From the NCBI GenBank assembly GCA_964016885.1, contig OZ024745.1:117676001-117740000 (forward strand): a stretch of 64,000 nucleotides of DNA, in the 5' to 3' direction. The notes beneath the pieces were generated by a model. That model was given only the letters and a program-made list of their open reading frames with translations. It was not told the origin of the DNA and searched no databases. Positions 51,210 through 64,000 of this stretch are shown piece after piece. A program made the position numbers and the translations under genes. The stretch is from Eledone cirrhosa. Lineage: Eukaryota. Numbering within the stretch: position 1 is the stretch's first letter; each line of letters starts with the position of its first letter.

Positions 51210-51540
51210 AAAAGGATTCCTCCGAAGGGTCTTCAGAGGAATGTTACTCGATAGAATGTGTAGCTCGGAGATCAGAGAGTTGCTACGGTAGAGCCGAATT
51301 GAGAGATCACAGCTCTGATACTATGGCCATGTGGTTAGAATGTCTCAAGAAAGAATCACTGGACAAATTTTATAGGCAAAACCAACCAGCAGGGGACCCA
51401 GGGGTAGCCCCGAGCATTATGGTTGGATAACATCCATGAACTCGGCTGGTCTTGCTTGGAGATCCAGTTGGATCAGTTGGAAATAGTTGCTTCTGGAAGG
51501 AGCGTTTAAGGACTCTGCCTCTATGACTCTCAGGAATAGG
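51210..51540 (+). pseudogene. Old RTE-type LINE 3' relic
   Basis: RIERSQL*YYGHVVRMSQERITGQIL*AKPTSRGPRG...WLD resembles the RLRWxGHxxRM...RPRGRP..RW motif. Confidence 0.55.
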
Positions 51541-52928
51541 TGGGTGAAGAAGTGTAATTTATATATCTAGTATTCCTAACACAGAGATGGCAAATTGGAA
51601 CGTCTGAGAGAATGCTTTGTGGTATTTGTTTTGGCTCTTTATACAAATCTTGCTGAAGTCAACTAGGCCTTTCATCCTTTAGAGATCAATAAATAAAATA
51701 CCAGTCAGGTACTGTGGTCAATTCTTCCTTTACTTCCCTTTCTCACTTTCTCTCTCCTACTCTCTCTTTCACTGAAATTGGCTGTATTCACTCTTGGTGA
51801 GGGATGAGCTCCTCCAAGTTTAAATGCCCAAGGCATTTAATATCTGTTTATTATACATATTGTATATGAGTTGATAGACATTTTAATTCTAAATCACACT
51901 GTGTTAGTACTCACTCTTTAAGCATGCACTATTTGTAGATAAAGAAATTTTTTCTTATTGTTATTTTCTTGCTTTATATTTTGTGATTTATTATATCTTT
52001 ATTGTTGGATTGGCAGTATCAGTAGAGCATCAGACACCATGCTTTGTAGCATAGAGTTATGACCCTTTACGTTCTGAGTTCAAATCCTGCCGAGGTTAGC
52101 TTTGCCTTTTATCCTTACGGTATCGATAAAATAAAGCACTGGGGTCAAGTTAATAAACTTTCCCCATCCCTTCAAATTGCTGGCCATGAACCTAAAGTAG
52201 AAATACTTATTACTATTATTAGGTATGAATCTGTACTGACCCCTAATGTCCTGGGGCTAACAGGCCATTGAAAGAAATCTAAGGGAGTTGAGTGACAGAA
52301 ATAGTAATTATCTTTTCCTACATTCTGAGTAACTAAGGTTTAGTAGTTAGAGTGTTGGATTTGCAATTGGGAGGTTGTGAGTTCAATTCTCAGATCGGAT
52401 GATGCATTGTGTCCTTGAGCAAACACTTTATTTCACGTTGCAACTCATTTCTACAGCTGAGTAAACTGGAGCAACGTTACTGGTACCAGGCTGTATCGGC
52501 CATTCCCTTTCCCTTGGACAACATCGATGGTGTGAAGAGAGGGCAGACTGGTATGCATGGGTGACTGCTGGTTTTCTACAAACAACTTTGCCCGGTCTTT
52601 GTGTCTCTCGGAGGGAAACTTTCTAGGTACAAATCCCATGGACATTCATGACCAAAGGAGGTCTTTACCTATCTCATTGAAGTCAACTTTGGTTTATAAA
52701 ATCAATACCAGCCATATACCAACATCATTTCAACTGACTATATCTCTTCTCTACAATTTCATAGATTTGTGTTAAGGGAATGGGGGCAATGGAGGAGGTT
52801 TCCATATTGAGTTTCATCCCTTCATGACTTGAGTTTATATTGAATTTACTTTTTATCTCTCCAGGATCAGCTAAATAACTACTAGTAAAGAACTAACATC
52901 AATTTGTCATAGAGGGTGTTTGAAGTCA

Positions 52929-53797
52929 TATTCTCTACAATATCACACTACCCCAGCCATTCTCTACAATATCACACTACCCCAGCCATTCTCTACAATA
53001 TCACACTACCCCAGCCATTCACTACAATATCACACTACCCCAGCCATTCTCTACAATATCACACTACCCCAGCCATTCTCTACAATATCACACTACCCCA
53101 GCCATTCTCTACAATATCACACTACCCCAGCCATTCTCTACAATATCACACTACCCCAGCCATTCACTACAATATCACACTACACCAGCCATTCACTACA
53201 ATATCACACTACCCCAGCCATTCTCTACAATATCACACTACCCCAGCCATTCTCTACAATATCACACTACCCCAGCCATTCTCTACAATATCACACTACC
53301 CCAGCCATTCTCTACAATATCACACTACCCCAGCCATTCTCTACAATATCACACTACCCCAGCCATTCTCTACAATATCACACTACACCAGCCATTCACT
53401 ACAATATCACACTACCCCAGCCATTCACTACAATATCACACTACCCCAGCCATTCTCTACAATATCACACTACCCCAGCCATTCACTACAATATCACACT
53501 ACCCCAGCCATTCTCTACAATATCACACTACCCCAGCCATTCTCTACAATATCACACTACCCCAGCCATTCTCTACAATATCACACTACCCCAGCCATTC
53601 TCTACAATATCACACTACCCCAGCCATTCTCTACAATATCACACTACCCCAGCCATTCTCTACAATATCACACTACCCCAGCCATTCTCTACAATATCAC
53701 ACTACCCCAGCCATTCTCTACAATATCACACTACCCCAGCCATTCTCTACAATATCACACTACCCCAGCCATTCTCTACAATATCACACTACCCCAG
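52929..53797. repeat. 29-bp minisatellite, ~30 copies
   Basis: Unit attctctacaatatcacactaccccagcc; ends ~95 bp before SDHD exon 3. Confidence 0.97.
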
Positions 53798-53891
53798 CTT
53801 TGGAATGAGGTCTTGTGTTAATTTAAAAGTAATCATAATTTATTACATTTTTAATTTTAATACTAAAAATTAACATTTTTTTTTTCCTTAG

Positions 53892-54051
53892 ATGAGAAGA
53901 AGGGGAATCATATGATGCTGGCCTCTACACATTGGAAACTGGAACGGATTGTTGCGATCAGTCTTTTGGGAACACTACCAGCTGCTTTAATTAGCCCTAA
54001 TGTTGTGACAGATTTTCTTTTAATTACTTCATTTTTATTACATAGCCATTG
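53892..54051 (+). CDS. SDHD: SDHD exon 3
   Basis: ASTHWKLERIVAISLLGTLPAAL...DFLL...LHSH(W) matches the CybS motifs S.HW..ER and LH.HW (heme-ligand His); ccttag acceptor, TG|GTAAG phase-2 donor as in vertebrate SDHD. Confidence 0.95.
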
Positions 54052-54550
54052 GTAAGGAAACTGTTATTTTTTTCCTTTTCATTTGTTTAAATCTTTATCC
54101 TTTTAACTATATAAGCTTGCCAAAGAAAGGGTTGGGTGGATCCTTTAGTTATGTCAAGGACATGACACCCTCCTTAGTGCTGCTGATCTACACCATTAAA
54201 GCACCCAGTACATGCTGTAAAGTGGTTGGTGTTAGGAAGGGCATCCAGCTGTAGAAAGCTTGCCAAATAAGAGTTGAAGGGGATCCTTTAGTTTGTGTCA
54301 AAAGCCAACTTCTCTGCATTTGATAATGACTGTATGTAAGTGAGATACAGACCTCCTGTCTAAGACGTCAGTGGCCCTGCTTCATTACGGACTTAGCCTA
54401 TGTAGGCCTGTCCAACCCTTGCTAGCAGGGTAAGTGGAGATTAAATGATGATGAATAAACATTCAAAATTATGATGATGGTCTGGGGTCCATTGTTGGAG
54501 TTTTTCATTCTAAATCCTTTCTCTGTTTTCTAGCTCTTGGTGTTGTTTAA

Positions 54551-54771
54551 CCCTTTAGCATTTAAACCGGCCATATCTGGCCAGAATTCTCTCACCCCTT
54601 TCTGTTCAAACCAGTCGTAACTGGCCACTATTACTGATGTTAAGATATTGTTCTCAAAATAAATAACATCAAAATCTCATAGATTTGATATTCTGTAAGA
54701 TAATTATGTAAGATGAAGCCTTTACCACAAAAATACAATAGTAAATATAGAGTTATGTAAATGCTAAAGGG
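54551..54771. mobile_element. piggyBac-type MITE
   Basis: TTAA|CCCTTTAGCATTTA...TAAATGCTAAAGGG|TTAA. Confidence 0.88.
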
Positions 54772-55485
54772 TTAATCCACCATGGCCATTTCACATCCCC
54801 ATTTCATTTCACTCTATTTCAAACAATAGATGATGTAATCCCTTTCATGGACCTGACAGACTTTGGTGGTAAACAAACGACCAATATGCAACAGATGCAG
54901 TAACTGGGTGAATTACTAATCCCCTGGTTACAAGTTGAAATCTTATCACAGTCATTATCTTTTTTCTCCTTGAGGAAGGTACTTAACTCTGCTTGAGCCT
55001 GATTAGCTGACTGAGAAAGATAACAAGTTCTGTTTTTGCTAAATGATTAAAAGTGGTTTGACTGCAGGAATAGTATCCGACAATAAAAAAACGACCTCTT
55101 TTAAACCAGAAATATACTTCACATATGTAGATCTTGCAGTCCTACAAACTGTGTGTGTGTGTGTGTGTGTGCACACACAGTGAGTTTAGTGGTTAGAGCA
55201 TTGAGTTAAAATCCTGGACCAGGCAGTGCGTTGTGTTTAGCAAGATATTTTATTTCACGTTGCTCCAGTTCACTCAGCTGTAGAAATGAGTTGTGATGTC
55301 ACAGGTGCCAAGCTGTATCAGCCATTGCCTTTCTTTTGGACAACATCAGTGAAGTGGAGAGGGAGGGACTGCTGGTCTTCCACAAACAACCTTGCCCAGG
55401 CTTATGTCTCAGATGGGAGGTTTCTAGGTGCAAAACCATGGCTATTCGTGATTGAAGGGGGCCTACGAATATATATATGTATATA

Positions 55486-55551
<66 letters not shown>

Positions 55552-55601
55552 TCTGAATTTGTTTAGCAAGATTCTTTATCTGAAAACGTGTGTTGAAACC
55601 G

Positions 55602-56038
55602 ATATTGTTATACTTTGGGAGGGTCATGTTGCCAATAAGAAACACACGCACCAGTTGTTTTCACTTCAATTTATTATAATAAATTTATAAATTTAGGAAT
55701 TTATAAATTTCCGGTTGGTTGGTTGGTTCCACAACCAGATGATTGTTTATATATTGTCAAAGTTCTTTCGTCACACATTCTGTGATGGCATAGGACAGAA
55801 CAAAGGAGAGGCACAAAAACAAAGAAAAGAATCCCCAGTCACTCAAGAGGTCACAGAATGTGTGACGAAAGAACTTTGACAATATATAAACAATCATCTG
55901 GTTGTGGAACCAACCAACCAACCAACCGGAAATTTATAAATTCCTAAATTTATAAATTTATTATAATAAATTGAAGTGAAAGCAACTGGTGCGTGTGTTT
56001 CTTATTGGCAACATGACCCTCCCAAAGTATAACAATAT
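55602..56038. repeat. Long inverted repeat (~185-bp arms, 65-nt spacer) between (TA)n tracts
   Basis: 55602-55785 is the reverse complement of 55851-56038, apart from an extra ACCA unit and a substitution; leader family also seen at 31055-31142. Confidence 0.95.
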
Positions 56039-56065
56039 ATATATGTATATATATATATATATATA

Positions 56066-56244
56066 CAGTCTGTTTACTTTTCACGTGAACTTGAAGTATG
56101 CAAATTCGCTTTAATGCCTCTTGAAAAAATATTATTAAATAGTCACTCTCCTCATATAATGCGTGTAGTTTTTAATTTTTAATTTATCAGAAATACACAA
56201 ATTTGCTTTACAAACGCATCTTCATGTAAAAAGCAAACACACTG
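56066..56244. mobile_element. Tc1/mariner-type MITE
   Basis: TA|CAGTCTGTTTACTTTTCACGTGAA ... TTCATGTAAAAAGCAAACACACTG, imperfect TIRs. Confidence 0.55.
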
Positions 56245-56780
56245 TTTATATATATGTGGTTGTTGTTGAATAACTCCAGTCATTGATTTCTACGATGACA
56301 CAAAAGTAAACAACCAATAGAGTAATTTGTATTCTATAGTAGCCATTGTGTCTATGAGTATACTGTCATAAGATATAGGGCTTGAAATATGTGCTTTTCA
56401 TTTAAAACATTATTGATACGTTATTGAGTGAAAGTTGGCTGTTTTATTGATTAAAATAAGTACCAGTAATACACTTGAGTTGGGTTAATTTATTCCCCCC
56501 AGTAAAATTTGACTATATTGCTAAGGAAGCCAAAATAGCTTTTCTTGTAAGTTTACCTACAAGAGCAATGAATTAGCTTCAAGTGGTATTTAGTAAATTC
56601 AGTTCATTTCGAAATTTTGTTTCATTCCCTTACATCAAAGATAAATTCTTGATGAGTTGATTTGGCCTTTTCTCCTGGGGTTAATAAGTTCCATGCATAG
56701 ACTGTAGTTGATTCAATGAATTAGAACTCTTTTTTGTGAACATTGTCCTTGTGCTTGTTTAAGAAACCAATAACATAGAG

Positions 56781-57075
56781 CAGTGGTTCTTAACGTTTTT
56801 CTATTGCAGCACACCTTGAGATTGTTTAATTCCATCCCACACCACTAGGCCTAGCACATAAAACAAAATAACTTGAATTTTCAGGTCAAATTATCAGCTA
56901 CTTAGCTGCTACTATTTGATTAATTAACTATTATGATTAATCTTTTGAAAATAACAGAAAATATCCAACAAAATATTTTAATCTTTAATGTAACTTCTGT
57001 TTTTGCTTCTCTGTATCCCCATGGACTGAATCTCGCACCCCTTGGGGTTGCCAACACCCCAGTTAAGAACCACTG
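56781..57075. mobile_element. hAT-type MITE
   Basis: TIRs CAGTGGTTCTTAAC / GTTAAGAACCACTG; TSD acatagag / ccatagag (7/8). Confidence 0.88.
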
Positions 57076-58130
57076 CCATAGAGCAGAGATTTAAGCCAGA
57101 TACATCACTTATACTGCTAGCTTTCCTCTCTTCCTAAAGCCATGAACATCACAACATTCCATAGCATTCAAATTTATATATAACCATGTGAAAAATAAAA
57201 TTGATATTTTGACTTCTTTCAGTTCACAATGAAATCAGAAATTAAGAGCTCTCTTGACATTTTCTTAGACTGAGCTGGGATGTGTACCTGACAGCTTGGT
57301 GGACAGTAGCAATATAGTATAGTGTTGTGTCCAGCAGTAGCAGTGGGTTTTGAACTTGCTTGCCAAAATATGCATTGACAATGAAATGACTGTGAAATAT
57401 AAATATATGATGAGATGACAGTGAAATATAGATATATAATTGTTTCTACATTTGGCACAAGGCCAGCAATTATCCCAGTACATTACTGGTACTTTATTTT
57501 ATCGACCCCGTAAGGATGAAAGGCAAAGTTAACCTCGACGGGATTTGAACTAAGACCGTAAAGGGACTTAACTCTATGCTGGAAAGCATGGCATCCAACC
57601 CTCTACTGATACTGCCAATCCACCGCCCTTATGACAGTGAAATAAAGATATATAATTGTTTCTACTTTTGGCACAAGGCCAGCAAATACCCAGTACATTA
57701 CTGGTACCTTATTTTATCGCCTCTGTAAGGATGAAAGGCAAAGTTGACCTCGGAGGAATTTGAACTCAGAAGGGAAAGGGCCGTAACTCTATGCGTCAAA
57801 GCATGACGTCCGACCCTCTACCGATACTGCCAATCCACAATGACAGTGAAATATAGATATATTATGAAATGACAGTGAAATATGGTGAGATGACAGTGAA
57901 ATATAGATATATTATGAAATGACCATGATATATTATGAAATATGGTGAGATGACAGTGAAATATAGATATATGATGACAGTGAAATATGGTGAGATGACA
58001 GTGAAATATAAATCTAGGTTGATGGTGGAATATAGATATATGATGATGGTGGAATATAATTTTATTATATAAACCTAATGTTATTATATATTGTTTCATA
58101 TATCTTTTCTCTTTTTATTTTTCTTCTCAG

Positions 58131-58293
58131 GGGTATTGATCAAATTTTGCAGGATTATGTAGCAAAGTATATTCCCTGGATCCAGAAAGTTTGGCTGGGT
58201 GTCAGCATCCTTGCAATGGCTGGATTACTGCATTTCAACTATAATGATATTGGTGCCTCTCGTGCTTTGCTTTTATTATGGAGTATCCATTAG
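58131..58293 (+). CDS. SDHD: SDHD exon 4 (terminal)
   Basis: (W)GIDQILQDYV...AGLLHFNYNDIGASRALLLLWSIH*; conserved DY (quinone-binding Tyr) and FNY.D.G...LW; strong polypyrimidine tract with CAG acceptor. Confidence 0.95.
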
Positions 58294-58576
58294 ACCTGAA
58301 ATTAAATTCCTACTATTTTCTCACCTCCCTCTCAATACCACCTATTCTACACATGTAAACACACATTTATACAAGCACACACACTTACAGCAAATAACTT
58401 ACTAGTTTCACATTATAACTAAATATAGGACATAGAGATCAGCTCCCACTACAGAATTTATTTATTAGGTTTATGTATGTATGTGTGTGTATGTGTGTGA
58501 ATATATATATATATATATATAAATAATGTAAATTATTATTATTATTATTGCATAACAGAAAGAGGTAGCACACTGG

Positions 58577-58582
58577 AATAAA
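58577..58582 (+). promoter_or_regulatory. Possible SDHD polyadenylation signal
   Basis: AATAAA ~285 nt after the stop codon; weak evidence in an AT-rich context. Confidence 0.3.
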
Positions 58583-61500
58583 TATTGTACTTCAGTTAAT
58601 TCCATCCCCACCTCAACATTCTGAGTTCAGATTTTGTTGCAGTTCACTTGGCCTTTCAAGCTTCATAAAATGTGTCTAAGGTCAATTCAATTGACTCTGC
58701 CACTTCACTATCAATTTGTTACTTTGTATGAATGGCAGAAATTATTATTATTATTGGTGTTGGGTACTTGTGCTCTCTCTCTCTCTTTTTCTCACACAAA
58801 CACATAGCTTTACATTTTAACTTGTTTTGCATATGAATATGAGTTTTCTAGAAATTTCCACCCAATTTATAGTTTATATTGTCTACTCAAATAACAAGCA
58901 AATTGTAGATACCTTTACACTGGCTGATTAAAACCTTAATTATCACTGATTGATTAAAGCCTATCAATTTGTGGATCTATATGGAGCTGCCTTACAATTG
59001 TATTTCTAGTATTTTATGTGTCATGTCAGAGATTCATGAAAGGTCAGAGGTTGTGCTCAAGTTTGTTGCTACAAATATATGTACGAGAAAACCTGCTATA
59101 GTATTTTTGCTGGCACATATGTCCTCTAATGCAGGCTATTTTAAAGTTTGTTGGTTTAGATGTTTTTTTTTCTTTTTGAGACCCTGACAAAGTGTTTTGG
59201 CCTGAATGTAGTTTGTTGAAGGTTCAGATATAGATTTGTAAGATGCAAATTCATTTTGCTAAAATGTTTCTTAGTGCTAATGTACCATGTTGCAGGTTTA
59301 TGGGTCTGAATATACTGTAGTGATAATGAGGTCAATGGGTTCTCAGAACATTTCTTATTAGTATTTTCTAGCTGGAGATCTTTTATGTTCATTATTTCTG
59401 TATTTATTTTTTCTCTAAATGTAGGATGAGGGTGAAGATACCTTTAGTTGTTCTTTTATTGGGTTCAAAAGAAAAGGAATGTAATTTAGAAACATTTTCT
59501 TAGGATATTATTTCTCATATAAATACCTATGGTATCAATAGGAGAGAGGGATATCTTTCAGATTAAATGTGATCTTATCTTGTTTAAGGATACATTTTAA
59601 ACAGTATTTTGCAGGCTTCTATGTTATTTCTTTGTCAGAAATTAGTTACATAGAGATCAGACAGTACCCTAAGAATTGATATTTGACAAAGTTAGTGAAA
59701 TCTAGCAGCAATTTCACCCATTTTGTGTTAATCTGACACATATTTCAGTAAAACACTATTCTAAAATATAAATTTCTGTTCTCTAACCAGAAATCTCCTT
59801 TTCTTTTTTTTTCTTTTTTTTTATATAAACCTGCCAGAAAGAGATTAAACTGAAGATAGTTCTTAAAATAATCGCTCTTTGCTTTATTTTTTGTTTTATT
59901 TTGTTGTATTTTAATGTCATACAACAAGGTCTACCTGTACCAGCTGACACATCAATTATAAGATTGGTCAGCTGAACTAACTTGGAGATAGGAAGGACAG
60001 CTATAAAAAAGTTGCCAAGAATGGCTTCAGAGGATTCTTAGTTGTGTCAAAGCCATGACAACAATCTCCCTGTGCTGGCACCTAGTGCATTCTGTAGAGT
60101 GTTAGAACATGTATAAGTGAGATGTGGGCCCCCCCATCAGCCTATCTGAGAGGCCTGTAGCACTGGTTGAATACAGATTTGGCTGGGGGACAACCTGTCT
60201 AACCTTAGTTAGCAGGGGAAAATGTATGATAAAGCAAATGTGGAGAATATCTTTCTGCATTCTTCTGAATAAAACCAGAAAAGTCAGTCACTATTAGGAA
60301 CTTTCACAAGATTTAATTAATGCTCTATGTGAAACAGTTTAGTAATCAACTAACGATCCTGTTTACATCTCCTTACTATGACTTTAGTCTGATTCTTCTA
60401 CATATGCTATGCCCTTTCTTTTGTTGCTGATTCATGGTGTTCAGTGCTATGGCAATGTGATGTGATTGTGGCTGTTATTTCTAACATCTCTGTCAACCTA
60501 TCTTAGGATGTAGTTAACAAAACAGGCACACACTGTAGGTGATACAAGTAACATATTTAATGATAAACACAACCACAAGGATATGGTCCAAACGTGGAAG
60601 AGCCAAACTCCCACTTATTGCCTCCATCACTCTCACCCTCCCCATCTCTGTATGTTGAGCAAATGGGGTCCCACATGCTGGCCACCCCACAGCCCCGGTG
60701 GACAGAATGGAGAAGGAGTTTCCTCAGAGGATGGTAAGGGAGATACTGGAAATTACAGTACGAACAATACAGTACAGTAAGTTTTCTATGAAACTATGAT
60801 GTATAGCTTTTGATTGTGTTGAAAGTGACACAAGATGACTATACTCTTGATTGATTAATAATTAATAGCCATGCAAATGTGGGAAAATTGACATTAAACG
60901 GAAATGATGATGATGAATGAATCCATATATGTAAAGTATACCTTCTTTCATAAACATACAAGTCTATCTTAGCTGTGGGGCAGAAAAAGTGTTATCTGTC
61001 TGATTAGATTCTGGTCTTTTTAGTCTAGAGATTCTTAACCATTTTCTTCCTCTGTACCCTTTAGGCATTCTCACAGGTTCTCATGTACTCCTAAACATTA
61101 AGGGTAAAAAATTATATTGATTTTAATTTGACAAGTGTTTTAAGGCCTTTATTAATGTAGGAGCCTTGTCAACCCTCTGCAAGTCTTCATACTTATTGTG
61201 GGATCTTTTTAAGAAAGTTTTACAGCTAGGCCTGCTTCCTGGCTCCAACCTTTTTAGCTGCTTCTTATGACACAGAGATTAGCATAGCTAACAATAAGAG
61301 TTCTCAGAGTGAGTTGTGCATGGTCATTTGACAGAACTCTGGTCAGTCCACAGAACTGTGAATCACCATGTTGACTTGCAGTCAATAGTTTCTCTAAGGA
61401 TGCACTTTACTGAGTGTCCAAAACAGTGATTGATGATGATTTCTAATTAAAAACACTGATCCATGCTTGTGTGGAAAATGGATGTTAAACAGTGGTGATG

Positions 61501-64000
61501 GGGATGATGATGCCTATATGTAATCAATTTTGAAAATTTGAAGAATTTAATGGGATAACTAACCTTTTCATTAGAAAGCTGATGTTTGAAATATTACTTA
61601 AACATTTCTTATATTAAAACCTCCCTTCATAATTTAAGTAAATGAGCAGTTGTGTATCACAAACCGAGGGTGGTTTCCAGCAGGTTGGCACCAAAAGGGT
61701 TAAATTATTATATGCTGGTTACACACAGTCACATGCTAAGATTTTTCTATTCTAAGTTAGTATTGATTTTTTTTTATTAGCTAGATGATACAGCCATTGA
61801 TTTATGTTAAAGTAAAGTAGCCATGAATAATATTTATATGCAACATTGTAACATGAAAGAAAGAGAGAAGAAGGCTTGCTTAGTTTCGGGTGCATTTAGC
61901 TACTGTTTTATAATGAAGTTATGTATTTCTCTGATGAAGGTTTAAGACTATCTTCTGTCCACAGGGAGATTAACAGCTTATAGCTCTAGTGTATACACAT
62001 TTAGAAACAGCTAAATATTGTGTACTATATCATTAATTAAACCTATGTTTAGTGCAAGCTCTGTAATGCGACTGAGATGGCTCAGTTTAGGTGTTTCTGG
62101 ATTTTTTCGATAATTCAAAGGTTCAGCCATGTTAAATATTGTTTTATGCCTCAGAGTTAAGGTTACACATGTGTGGAATACTCAACCACTTACACATTAA
62201 TTCATAAGTTATGCTGTTGATCAAACAAATGCATGCTGATCATTGAAACTGACAGAGGACCCACCATCCAAGCTTTATCTTGTTATTGCCCTTGTTGAAT
62301 TCAGGTTGTAGAATGTCCTCTGATCTCAACTCCAGTAAAGGTAGTTATTTTGGTGTCACAATAAAAAACAACCAGTCCACCCTATAAGGTGATTGGTGTT
62401 AGGAAGGACATCCAGCTGTAGAAAACCAAGCTGAAAGTGGGTTGTATGAGCAAAAGGAGGTCACCTGACTTGTCTAGCCTCATAACATGGCAGCCTGTCT
62501 AAGACATGCGAACATGGAAAATATACATTAAACAGTGATGATAATAATTAATAATGTGTAAGTATTTATTGATGAGTTAACTGACAAGCTAGACTTTAAC
62601 AAAACAATGGATCAGTGCAGGAATATCTCTCGAATCTGGGTGAGTTTACACTCGCAAATAAGAAGAACCAGGGCCGCCCCTAGGAGCATTGGATTTGGTG
62701 TACTTCATATTTGTTTCAGTTGCTGAATACAATCAGGGGTCACTGCTTCTCCTGAAGGTCAATAGTTCTCTTCTAACTCGAGCGGGAGCACCTTTCCATT
62801 GTCATCTGCAAAGCCGCATTGTTCTCAGAACCATTACAGTCTTTCGATGTGTGCAGCTGGAACTGCTGCCACCTATTGATTTGGCAGGATCGCAACTCAT
62901 TTCTACAGCTGAGTAAACTGGAGCAACGTGAAATAAAGTGTCTTGCTCAAGGACACAACACATCACTCGGTCTGAGAATTGAACTCACAACCTTTTGATT
63001 GCAAGCCCAATGCTCTAATCATTAAGCCATGCGCCTTCACTAATAAGTGTAAATGTATTGTTAAACAGAAGTATACTACGAAGGAAGTAAAAAAAAAAAC
63101 ATAAAAATAATATGCAGCAAGTGAAAAAAAAAGGTTGGGGTGTTTGAAAAAATAAGTGATGAAAACTGGGAAGGGTAAGACTCTACATCTGGCTAGGCGG
63201 TATATCTCAGCTGCTCTCTGTAAACAATAGCCAACGATACCTACTGCAACAGCCATTCACCCACCACGAAGACACCTTTCTTAGGCTGGATGCACTCTTC
63301 TTGATTTTGCAGAGAAAAATGGCAGTCTGGGGTACAAGGACATGGGAGGTTTCAATGGCGGTTGTCACGAAAAGAAAGCAGTCGGTCAAGTCCTAGTATT
63401 TGATTTATCTTCTTGTTTGTAACAATCCAGTAACCAAGGTCTCAGGTCTTGACGATGACCTGCACCGAAAAGAAGTGGCCAGTCAAGCCCCAGTATTTTC
63501 CTGCTTCTCCACGTTATGGTCAGCAGTTCATGTGACCAAAGTGACAATGTTGACTATGGAATTGACTCTTTCCTCCAAAAGCTGAAGAAGAAACTATGTA
63601 TTTAATTGACTAGGTGCTAATTCCCTTGAGGCTTTATGCCTATATATGGAATTAAATTTCTAAGTGACGGGTAATTCAACAAATGAATTAGAAATTGCTA
63701 TGATACTTGGTACTTAATTTAATTAACTAAGATAAGTTTCCGTGGTGAGAAGTAATTCTAGTCTTTCTCTCTGGTATTGTGTTATTTTGCAAATACCAAG
63801 AGTTACTCCCCATGTATTTTATTTCGTGAAAAAGTTCCGATTTCATGTACTCACACAGATTCACACACACTACAATTTATTCCTGACACATATTGCATGA
63901 GTCAAAATATATATGCTTTGTTAAAAACAAAGGAAGAACTTTCTGGAAAGTTTTTATTTTTCTATTTCCTGAGACAGCATTCAGGTATGATATGAAAACG

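Noticed and set aside
52916-53873. 301-aa and 317-aa ORFs
   Set aside because: Translations of a stop-free 29-bp minisatellite; no evidence of coding function
55575-55612. Hammerhead in ctgaaaacgtgtgttgaaaccgata (also 31085)
   Set aside because: Core CUGANGA is broken (CUGAAAA) and no convincing stem I is present
61925-62020. Hammerhead starting ctgatgaagg...gaaacagct
   Set aside because: Stems I and II cannot be paired convincingly; at best a decayed relic

Overview
AT-rich eukaryotic genomic DNA, dense in microsatellites and transposons. The repeat complement (tRNA-derived SINEs, RTE LINEs with (GAT)n tails, TA-embedded Penelope-like modules) suggests an octopus or other coleoid cephalopod, but this is an inference. 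The one confidently recognised host gene is SDHD (succinate dehydrogenase cytochrome b small subunit) on the + strand. I model four coding exons (9644-9671, 51006-51176, 53892-54051, 58131-58293; 173 aa) with a ~41 kb first intron; exon 1 is the least certain. The rest is mostly transposon debris: Gypsy pol plus LTR fused to a CRE-type non-LTR 3' end, several RTE LINEs, Tx1/L1 and Penelope relics, Helitrons, hAT, piggyBac and Tc1 MITEs, and many SINEs. Notable observations: (1) a frame-compatible set of antisense exon-like segments nested in SDHD intron 1; (2) three minimal type I hammerhead ribozyme motifs in TA-embedded modules; (3) a 4.1 kb satellite amplified from a SINE head, with a 1216-bp higher-order duplication; (4) a SINE-mediated template-switch and fold-back duplication; (5) several long inverted repeats. 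All calls were made by eye, with no database searches.
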